Part shown: positions 1 through 7,140 of the stretch, piece by piece
Layout: every line of letters starts with the position of its first letter
Numbering within the stretch: position 1 is the stretch's first letter
Made by a program: the position numbers and the translations under genes
Source: Candidatus Omnitrophota bacterium
GTDB lineage: Bacteria > Omnitrophota > Gorgyraeia > JABMRN01 > RBG-13-46-9
DNA: 34,138 nucleotides
Reading direction: 5' to 3'
Assembly: GCA_016927795.1 (NCBI GenBank)
Contig: JAFGLX010000083.1
Coordinates: 1 to 34,138 of the forward strand
Notes under the pieces: generated by a model
Database searches by the model: none
The model's input: the letters and a program-made list of their open reading frames with translations, nothing else
Told to the model about the DNA's origin: nothing

Positions 1-525
1 AATTCTTATGTTGGAGAAAAATACAGAACGCGTTTCAGCTGTGCCCGATACGGAAACGTTGTAGGTTCGCGGGGAAGCGTCATTCCGCTTTTTAATAAAC
101 AAAAGGATACAGGCACGATCACAATTACGGATAAGAAGATGACACGTTTCTGGATTACCCTGGAGCAGGGGGTTGAATTTGTCATAAAAATGCTTAATAA
201 AATGCACGGAGGCGAAGTCTTTATTCCTAAGATACCAAGCATGAGGATTGTAGATTTGGCAGAAGCAATAGCTCCCAAATGCAAGATCAAATTGATCGGG
301 ATAAGGCCCGGGGAGAAGTTACACGAATGCCTTATTACCGAAAATGAAGCCAGGCATACGCTGGAATTTGACGACTTTTTTGTAATTGAACCGGAGCACC
401 CCTGGTGGGGCGTGGAAAATTGGCGAGGCGGCAAAACCTTGCCGGAAGATTTTAGTTATACAAGCGAAAAAAATACTAAATGGCTAACCAAGGCACAATT
501 ACATAAGATGCTAAAGGATATTTAG
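1..525 (+). CDS. pseB: UDP-N-acetylglucosamine 4,6-dehydratase (inverting), PseB/FlaA1/CapD family, C-terminal fragment; the 5' end lies outside the window
   Basis: Frame 1 is open from nt 1 (my translation: NSYVGEKYRTRFSCARYGNVVGSRGSVIPLFNKQKDTGTITITDKKMTRFW...) and runs into the listed 139-525 ORF. 'RYGNVVGSRGSVIP', 'ITD..MTRFWITL' and 'IGIRPGEKLHE' are hallmark C-terminal motifs of the Polysacc_synt_2/PseB family. It heads a pse-type operon. Confidence 0.85.
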   Translation, partial: NSYVGEKYRTRFSCARYGNVVGSRGSVIPLFNKQKDTGTITITDKKMTRFWITLEQGVEFVIKMLNKMHGGEVFIPKIPSMRIVDLAEAIAPKCKIKLIGIRPGEKLHECLITENEARHTLEFDDFFVIEPEHPWWGVENWRGGKTLPEDFSYTSEKNTKWLTKAQLHKMLKDI

Positions 526-528
526 CTC

Positions 529-1284
529 ATGGGTTTTCAGGGTAAGATTATCGCAAGCATAGAGGCGCGATTAGGTTCTAGGAGGCTACCCGGGAAGGCA
601 ATGAAAAAAATCTTAGGGAAGCCCATGCTGGAGTTAATGGTAGAAAGAGTTAAGAGGGCGCGTTTTATTGATGAGATTGTTATAGCGACATCCGTAAACC
701 CGGTCGATGACGCAATCAAGGCCCTAAGCGACAAATTGGGGGTAAAATGCTTCAGGGGGAGCGAAGACGACGTATTGGATAGGGTTCTCAAAGCCGTAAA
801 GCATTACGGCGGAGAACATATCGTTGAGTTGTGGGGCGACACACCCTTAATTGACCCTTTAATCATAGATGAAGTTATTAACTATTATTTCCGAAATAAA
901 CTTGACCTGGCTTCAACGTGCCTTGACCGCACTTTTCCGTGGGGAATGAGCGTATTGGTGTTTCCGACCCGGGTGCTGGATGAAGTTTCTCTGGTAACAA
1001 ACGACCCGGTTGACAGAGAAAACGTATCGAATTATATATACGAGCACCCGGAGAAATACAAAATAGGGCACTTACCGTGTCCTCCTGAATTAAACAGGCC
1101 GGAAATAAGGCTTACGGTTGACGAAGAGCCCGATTTCGAACTTGTTAAAATAATTTTTGAGAAGTTAGGGGCAAATAACACACTATTTTCTACGTTGGAC
1201 ATTATAAGATTTCTGGATAAGAATCCTGAATTTATAGAAATCAATAAATATGTTAAACAAAGAAAGCCAAGAGGCGATATCTAA
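529..1284 (+). CDS. Cytidylyltransferase, SpsF/PseF-like (CTP_transf_3 family); probable CMP-nonulosonate synthetase
   Basis: N-terminal 'IASIEARLGSRRLPGKAMKKILGKPMLELMVERVKRARFIDEIVIATS' is the typical nucleotide-binding signature of SpsF/NeuA-type cytidylyltransferases. The ATG lies 3 nt after the pseB stop. It is the only nucleotidyltransferase in the window. Confidence 0.7.
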   Translation: MGFQGKIIASIEARLGSRRLPGKAMKKILGKPMLELMVERVKRARFIDEIVIATSVNPVDDAIKALSDKLGVKCFRGSEDDVLDRVLKAVKHYGGEHIVELWGDTPLIDPLIIDEVINYYFRNKLDLASTCLDRTFPWGMSVLVFPTRVLDEVSLVTNDPVDRENVSNYIYEHPEKYKIGHLPCPPELNRPEIRLTVDEEPDFELVKIIFEKLGANNTLFSTLDIIRFLDKNPEFIEINKYVKQRKPRGDI

Positions 1285-2362
1285 TATAAAGACCGTTGAA
1301 AGGAACGGCGGGTCTTTTAAACCGCTGTGGGAAGAGTTCTGCAAAAAAAATGCTATTCCCGTATATTACACCATTGGCTGGCTTGAATTTTGCAGATGCA
1401 TCACACGGGAAAATTTTATAAGTGACGCAAGTTTTTTGATCACTAAGGACAACAAGCCTGTTTCGATTTGCCCTTTAATAATGGAAAGCGGGCGTTACGG
1501 AAAACAATTTTCCGTAAAGAACGGGCATCTCATGAGGGCTCCTGCATTCGAGGCGACCTTATCCTTTAAGGAGAGAAAGAAAATAGAAAAAGCTGTGTTT
1601 TTACATATTGAAGAATTGGCGCGTGCCGAGGAAGTATTGCTACACAGGGCCTTAATAGACCCCATGCTTATAATAGATCAGAGGTTTTACTGTAATTACC
1701 TATCCGAATTTTCCTATGTCGACTGTTCCATTCTGACCAATATTATCGACCTTAAATTGCCCGAGCAAACATTATGGGGCAATCTAAGGAAAAGTTACAG
1801 GCCCCTCATAAAAGGCGAAACTAAAAAATATGAAGTCATGTTTTTGGATTTTAAGAATATATCGGAGAGATTATTCGCGGAGTTCGAAAACCTCTATTTT
1901 TTAGCAAGCGGAAAGCACGTTTACAGCAGGCAGGAATGGGCAATCTTGTGCGAATTAGTGCGACAGGATAAAGGCATGTTGACCGTAGCTAAAACCGGCA
2001 ATAAAGCGATAGGCGGCGCCTATTTTAACCACGATAGCGGCAAGGCATATTATTCATTGGGCGCGAATCATCCGCAATATGAAAAGAACTATTTTATCGG
2101 GCATCGCTTGATTTGGGAAGCCATAACATATTACATAAGTAGAGGATTTCGTTGGCTGGAATTGGGATGGCAGTTTTACCCAGAGCAGCTGCTGGAAAAG
2201 CCCAGCGAAAAAGAAATAAATATTTCATATTTTAAAAGAGGGTTTGGCGGCATGAATTTTCCCCTCCACAGGGGTATCAGGTTCTTTAACGACGAGATAA
2301 AGAAAAAGTTCATAGACGAAAGCCTAAGCGCTTATCGATCCGGGAGGGATAAAAATGTTTAA
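1250..2362 (+). CDS. FemAB/CelD-like (Acetyltransf_6-type GNAT fold) acyl- or aminoacyl-transferase
   Basis: 'LWGNLRKSYRPLIKGETKKYEV', 'VAKTGNKAIGGAYFNHDSGKAYYSLGAN' and 'IGHRLIWEAITYYISRGFRWLELG' follow the conserved block pattern of FemX/FemAB and CelD/BioF2-like acyltransferases. The start overlaps the upstream gene by 35 nt and there is no later in-frame Met until about residue 78. Confidence 0.55.
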   Translation: MLNKESQEAISNIKTVERNGGSFKPLWEEFCKKNAIPVYYTIGWLEFCRCITRENFISDASFLITKDNKPVSICPLIMESGRYGKQFSVKNGHLMRAPAFEATLSFKERKKIEKAVFLHIEELARAEEVLLHRALIDPMLIIDQRFYCNYLSEFSYVDCSILTNIIDLKLPEQTLWGNLRKSYRPLIKGETKKYEVMFLDFKNISERLFAEFENLYFLASGKHVYSRQEWAILCELVRQDKGMLTVAKTGNKAIGGAYFNHDSGKAYYSLGANHPQYEKNYFIGHRLIWEAITYYISRGFRWLELGWQFYPEQLLEKPSEKEINISYFKRGFGGMNFPLHRGIRFFNDEIKKKFIDESLSAYRSGRDKNV

Positions 2363-3353
2363 GGTCGGGATAGTAGGATGCGGACATATAGCGAGTACTT
2401 TTGACGATGATCCTATGAGAAAGTATGTTTCGACTCATATAGGCGCTTACCGGGCGAACAGAAATACAGATGTTGTTGCCGTATGCGATATTGACCGGAA
2501 AAAACTCCGGGCGTGCATGAAAAAGTGGGATATAAAAAGCGGGTACACATCCGTGCAAAAAATGCTCGACAGAGAAAAAATAGACATACTGAGCATATGT
2601 ACGCCTGTAGAAACTCACGGCGCTATTTTGAGAAAAGCGGTGAATTTTCCCCTGAAGGCTATATTTTGCGAAAAACCGCTGGCAGATTCGACAAGCGAAG
2701 CAAAAAAGATAGTCAATATATGCAAACGTAAAAAAATAATTTTACAAGTAAACCACCAAAGGCGATTTGACCAGCTCCACGCGCGGGTGAGAGATGTCAT
2801 CCGCTATGGAAAATTGGGCGATGTTCAGCAGGTAACATTTTACTACACGGCCGGCATAAAAAATACAGGCTCCCACATGTTTGATTTGTTCTTGTTTCTG
2901 TTTGGCAAAGCCAAGGAGGTAATGGCATTTTCGAGCACCAACCGTTCCCATAAATTTCATGACCCCAATCTGGACGGATTTGTAAGATTCGAAAACGGAA
3001 TATTGGGTGTTTTTCAGGCATGTGATGCAAAAAAATACGTAATTTTTGAACTAAACTGCCTGTTGCAGGAAGGGAGAATTGTTATAAGAGACAGCGGCTT
3101 TTCCGTGGATTTCTACGTGTCCGGAAGAAGCAAATATTTTGCAGGGTATAGGGAACTCCTCAAGGCGAAGCCGCATTTAAAAGTAGAATATAAAAGGGAC
3201 TTTATGGTAAAGGCTGTGAGGCATCTTGTGGACTGTGTCAAAAAGAGCAAAGAGCCGATTTCATCGGGCAATGACGGAGTGGCTGTTTTGGAGTTGATTG
3301 AGGCCGCAAGTTCTTCGGCAGCCAAAAATGGAAAAAAAATACTTTTGAAGTAA
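2355..3353 (+). CDS. Gfo/Idh/MocA family NAD(P)-dependent oxidoreductase
   Basis: N-terminal Rossmann motif 'MFKVGIVGCGHIAS', 'CDIDRKK', 'ILSICTPVETHGAI' and 'IFCEKPLA' (the EKP motif of this family). GGGAGGG Shine-Dalgarno 5 nt upstream of the ATG. 8-nt overlap with the upstream gene. Confidence 0.8.
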   Translation: MFKVGIVGCGHIASTFDDDPMRKYVSTHIGAYRANRNTDVVAVCDIDRKKLRACMKKWDIKSGYTSVQKMLDREKIDILSICTPVETHGAILRKAVNFPLKAIFCEKPLADSTSEAKKIVNICKRKKIILQVNHQRRFDQLHARVRDVIRYGKLGDVQQVTFYYTAGIKNTGSHMFDLFLFLFGKAKEVMAFSSTNRSHKFHDPNLDGFVRFENGILGVFQACDAKKYVIFELNCLLQEGRIVIRDSGFSVDFYVSGRSKYFAGYRELLKAKPHLKVEYKRDFMVKAVRHLVDCVKKSKEPISSGNDGVAVLELIEAASSSAAKNGKKILLK

Positions 3354-3357
3354 CAAT

Positions 3358-4641
3358 ATGAGCAAACTAGCGCTTTTCGGCGGTAAAAAAATCAGGCGTA
3401 AACCTTTCGTGAGCCGGGCAATTGTCGGCAAAGAAGAATCGAAGAGGGTCAATTCCGTTTTAAAAAGTGGCATACTGTCGGGGTTTATCGCGAAATCCGG
3501 AGACGGATTTTTAGGCGGGAAGGAAGTCAGGGAATTCGAGTCTTTGGTGGGAGGTTATTTCGGTACGGAGCACGTAATATCGGTAAATTCAGCAACGGCA
3601 GGTCTTCATGTTGCTTTGGGGGCGTGCGGGATCGGTCCGGGCGACGAGGTAATAGTTACGCCTTACACAATGAGCGCTTCGGCCACGGCCATAATCATGC
3701 AGAACGCTATTCCCGTATTCGCGGATATTAGCGAAAACACATTTTGCATTGACCCCGGTAGCATTGAACAATGCATAACGGCTCGCACCAAAGCGATAAT
3801 CGTAGTTCATCTTTTTGGCCATCCGGCTGAAATGAATAGGATCAAAGCGCTTGCCAGGAAGTATAAACTTAAGATTATTGAAGATTGTGCTCAGGCGCCG
3901 GGAGCCGTATATAAAAAACAATTGGTTGGTACATTGGGGGATATAGGAATTTTTAGCCTTAATCAGCATAAAACCGTTACTTCCGGTGAAGGAGGATTTG
4001 CCATAACAAGAAACGCACGCTTGGCGCTTGGGATGCGTCTTATAAGAAACCACGGAGAGGTAATTGCCGGAAACATACGTCTTAAGGATATAAGCAACAT
4101 CGTGGGTTACAACTATCGGATGACTGAACTGGAAGCAGCTGTCAGCATAGGCCAATTCAGAAGGCTGGATTTTTTAAATGCCCATAGAATAAATTTGGCA
4201 CGTTATCTTACGGAGAAATTATCGAAATTCGAAGGTTTGACGCTTCCCGCGGAAGAAAGCGGCACCAAACATGTCTATTTTGTTTATCCTATCAGAATAA
4301 AAGAAAGCGAGGCCCGTATCCCGAGGGATGTTTTCGTGAAAGCGTTGAACGCGGAAGGGATACCCTGTGCCGCCGGTTATGTAAGGCCTATTTACCTGGA
4401 ACCGCTATATCAAAAGAAAATAGCATATGGCAGAAAGGGATGTCCATTTACCTGCGGTTTCTATAAAGGCAATGCCGTTTACTCGAAAGGTATTTGCCCT
4501 GTTGCGGAGAAAATGCATAGAAAGGAACTGGTCATAATTCCAGTATGCCGGTATCCCGAGACCCCGAGAGATATGGATGATGTGGTTAAAGCGTTTCAGA
4601 AGATTTTTAATAATCGGGATAAATTACGCAAATTTCAATGA
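3358..4641 (+). CDS. pseC: DegT/DnrJ/EryC1/StrS PLP-dependent sugar aminotransferase, PseC/SpsC-like
   Basis: 'VNSATAGLHVALGACGIGPGDEVIVTPYT', 'IIEDCAQAPGA' and the PLP-lysine block 'FSLNQHKTVTSGEGG' (K205). At 427 aa it is longer than typical PseC, with an extra Cys-containing segment (C362, C366, C380). Its position in the pse operon supports the call. Confidence 0.7.
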   Translation: MSKLALFGGKKIRRKPFVSRAIVGKEESKRVNSVLKSGILSGFIAKSGDGFLGGKEVREFESLVGGYFGTEHVISVNSATAGLHVALGACGIGPGDEVIVTPYTMSASATAIIMQNAIPVFADISENTFCIDPGSIEQCITARTKAIIVVHLFGHPAEMNRIKALARKYKLKIIEDCAQAPGAVYKKQLVGTLGDIGIFSLNQHKTVTSGEGGFAITRNARLALGMRLIRNHGEVIAGNIRLKDISNIVGYNYRMTELEAAVSIGQFRRLDFLNAHRINLARYLTEKLSKFEGLTLPAEESGTKHVYFVYPIRIKESEARIPRDVFVKALNAEGIPCAAGYVRPIYLEPLYQKKIAYGRKGCPFTCGFYKGNAVYSKGICPVAEKMHRKELVIIPVCRYPETPRDMDDVVKAFQKIFNNRDKLRKFQ

Positions 4642-6119
4642 TGAAAGTTCATATTCTGACCGAAGGCGGAAAAGGTATCGGGCTCGGCCATATTACCAGA
4701 TGTATTTCATTATATCAAGCTTTTAAGAAGAGGGGCATTTCGCCGACTTTGGTAATAAATGGCGACGACTCGGTCCGTAAGCTTTTAAAGGGAAAAAAAT
4801 ACCGCGTTTTCAATTGGCTGAAAGAACAAAAAAAGCTTTTCCAGATGATAAGAAAAGGCGACATCGCTGTTATAGATTCATATCTGGCAGGGCATAGAAC
4901 CTATAAGAAGATATCAGATTTAGCGCCTATTTCCGCATACCTCGACGATTATAAAAGGCTGGTTTATCCGCGCGGTATAGTAATAAATGGCGGTTTTCAA
5001 GCCAAAGATATAAGGTATCCCCGGAAAGAAAACATTAAGTATTTGCTGGGGCCCGGTTTTATCCCTATAAGAACGGAATTCCGCGATATGCCCCCCAGAA
5101 AAATAAGGCCGGTAATAAAAAGCATTTTGATATCATTCGGCGGATGCGACACGAAAAACCTGACGGCGAAGCTTTTAGAATTTTTAAACGCCATGTACCC
5201 TAATGTCAGAAAAAATATTCTTATAAGTGACGCATTCAAGGATACACAGGTAGCTGAAAAGCCGGCCGAACCGATGTGCGTTTTTATTAAAAATCCGGAC
5301 CCAATGAAACTAAAGACCGTTATGCTCAACTCTGACATCGCTATCTCAGCGGGCGGGCAGACGTTGAACGAGTTAGCCAGAACCGGAACGCCAACAATAG
5401 GGGTATGCGTTGCCGAGAACCAAAAAATGCACCTTTCCTACTGGGCAGAGACAGGTTTTTTGAGCTATGCAGGCCGTTACGATGATAAGGACCTTCTAAA
5501 AAAGGTGCACCGTGCTATTATAAGCTTACAGGATAAGAGAGTGCGAAAGGGTATGTCTCTGTGCGGCAGGGAGACTGTTGACGGGCGTGGTCCGGAAAGA
5601 ATTATAAAATTTATCTTATCCGAATATTTCAGAAACAGGCTCACCTTGCAGAAGGCCACTCTTCGGGACGCAAGGGAAATTTTTAATCTTTCGACGGACA
5701 AAGAAGTAAGAAAGAATTCCTTTCAGCCAAAAAGGTTTGATTTCAAACATCACCTGGGATGGCTTCGTGAAAGACTTAGAGACGTAAATTGTGTTTTTTA
5801 TATATTTAAAATCGGCCATGAGTTTATAGGACAGTTGAGATTTAACGTGGACAACGAAAAAAAATGCGCCACAGTAAACATAAGCCTGGTAGAAAAAATG
5901 CGAAACTTCAATTTATCGTCTTTCCTTGTAGAAAATTCTATTCGTAAACTGCTTAAACATCACAAGCACCTTCGGTCAATAAGGGCTTATGTAAAAAGGC
6001 ACAACATAGCCTCCGTTAAACTGTTTGAGCGCACAAATTTTAAATTTAGCGGAAACAGAACCGTAAAAGGCGCAAAAACAAGAGTTTATATACGAAAGGT
6101 TTCTGCGGGCAATGTTTAA
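4638..6119 (+). CDS. Bifunctional PseG-like UDP-sugar hydrolase (N-terminal, about 330 aa) fused to a PseH-like GNAT N-acetyltransferase (C-terminal, about 150 aa)
   Basis: The N-terminus 'KVHILTEGGKGIGLGHITRCISLYQAF' and 'ISAGGQTLNELARTGTPTIGV' match the SpsG/PseG GT-B-like hydrolase pattern. The C-terminus 'LTLQKATLRDAREIFNLSTDKEVRKNSF...HHLGWL...FIGQLRF...IRAYVKRHNIASVKLFERTNFKFSG' matches the PseH-type GNAT pattern. ATGA overlap with the aminotransferase gene. Confidence 0.7.
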   Translation: MMKVHILTEGGKGIGLGHITRCISLYQAFKKRGISPTLVINGDDSVRKLLKGKKYRVFNWLKEQKKLFQMIRKGDIAVIDSYLAGHRTYKKISDLAPISAYLDDYKRLVYPRGIVINGGFQAKDIRYPRKENIKYLLGPGFIPIRTEFRDMPPRKIRPVIKSILISFGGCDTKNLTAKLLEFLNAMYPNVRKNILISDAFKDTQVAEKPAEPMCVFIKNPDPMKLKTVMLNSDIAISAGGQTLNELARTGTPTIGVCVAENQKMHLSYWAETGFLSYAGRYDDKDLLKKVHRAIISLQDKRVRKGMSLCGRETVDGRGPERIIKFILSEYFRNRLTLQKATLRDAREIFNLSTDKEVRKNSFQPKRFDFKHHLGWLRERLRDVNCVFYIFKIGHEFIGQLRFNVDNEKKCATVNISLVEKMRNFNLSSFLVENSIRKLLKHHKHLRSIRAYVKRHNIASVKLFERTNFKFSGNRTVKGAKTRVYIRKVSAGNV

Positions 6120-7140
6120 AAAAATAAATAAAAAGAATTCCGCAACGTTCGTCATAGCGGAAATATCGGCAAATCACAACCAAGACCTGGAGAGGGCCGT
6201 GTCTTTGATTAAAAAAGCGCGGGAATGCGGAGCTGATGCGGTTAAATTTCAGACCTATACCCCCGACACTATTACCTTAAACGTAAATAACAAATATTTC
6301 AGAGTCAAGCACCCAAAATGGGGCAACCGTACTTTATACCAATTATATAAAACCGCCTATACGCCGTGGCATTGGTTCGCCAGGCTGAAGAAAGTTGCGG
6401 ACAGGGCAGGAATAGTTTTTTTCTCAACCGCCTTTGACAAAAGCGCGGTGGATTTTTTGGAGAACTTAAACGTTCCGTTTCATAAGATAGCATCCTTTGA
6501 GTTAGTGGATTTGCCTCTCATTGAATATGCGGCAGGTACGAAGAAGCCGCTTATATTGTCAACCGGTATGGCTACGATTCCGGAGATAAAGGAAGCGTTT
6601 TTTACTGCGAAGAGAGCCGGGGCAAAAGATGTCGTACTTCTGAAATGCGTAAGCAATTACCCCGCTCGCCCCGATGATATGAATCTAAAAGAGATAATCA
6701 AGTTGAAAAAAATTTTCAAATGCCCTATAGGTCTTTCCGACCATAGCCTTGGGACGGCAGTCGCATTGGCGGCGGTTTCATTGGGCGCTAAAGTAATCGA
6801 GAAACATTTCACCTTATCGAAAAAGTCAAAAGGGCCGGATAATTTCTTTTCCATTGAGCCGCAAGAGCTGAAATCCCTTGTGGAGAACATAAGAATTGTC
6901 GAGAGGGCATTAGGTAGCGATGCCCGCAAGCTGACGGCTGAAGAGAAGGGGAGCCTTGTTTTCAGGCGTTCGCTGTTTGCAGTACGGGACATAAAAAAAG
7001 GGGAAATCTTTACGGAAGATAAAATAAGGTCTATAAGACCGGCCTACGGTCTGCACCCGAAATTTTTAAAATACCTTTTAGGGAGAAAGGCCAGGAAAGA
7101 CATAAAAAAAGGAATGCCCTTGAGCAAGGATATGCTATGA
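6112..7140 (+). CDS. pseI: NeuB-family nonulosonic acid synthase, most likely pseudaminic acid synthase
   Basis: 'FVIAEISANHNQDLERAVSLIKKARECGADAVKFQTY', 'STGMATIPEI' and 'GLSDHSLG', plus a C-terminal SAF-like domain 'RRSLFAVRDIKKGEIFTEDKIRSIRP'. PseI rather than NeuB/LegI is inferred from the PseB/PseG/PseH context. Confidence 0.8.
   Translation: MFKKINKKNSATFVIAEISANHNQDLERAVSLIKKARECGADAVKFQTYTPDTITLNVNNKYFRVKHPKWGNRTLYQLYKTAYTPWHWFARLKKVADRAGIVFFSTAFDKSAVDFLENLNVPFHKIASFELVDLPLIEYAAGTKKPLILSTGMATIPEIKEAFFTAKRAGAKDVVLLKCVSNYPARPDDMNLKEIIKLKKIFKCPIGLSDHSLGTAVALAAVSLGAKVIEKHFTLSKKSKGPDNFFSIEPQELKSLVENIRIVERALGSDARKLTAEEKGSLVFRRSLFAVRDIKKGEIFTEDKIRSIRPAYGLHPKFLKYLLGRKARKDIKKGMPLSKDML

Noticed and set aside
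2513-2731. Short plus-strand out-of-frame ORFs nested in genes: 2513-2731, 10554-10781, 11448-11633, 15782-15991, 17023-17211, 22729-22959 and 23170-23367.
   Set aside because: They are entirely contained in better-supported reading frames. They show no conserved motifs and have R/H/C-rich compositions typical of off-frame translation.
3589-4155. Long minus-strand ORFs in the track: 3589-4155, 11703-12254, 16437-16892, 16832-17365, 26586-27054, 28143-28703 and 32712-33351, among others.
   Set aside because: Every one lies antisense inside a plus-strand gene with clear family motifs. Their products are low-complexity or strongly biased (for example the K/R-rich 11703-12254 product opposite an AT-rich membrane gene). 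None has a Shine-Dalgarno site or recognisable domain, so I treat them as shadow ORFs.
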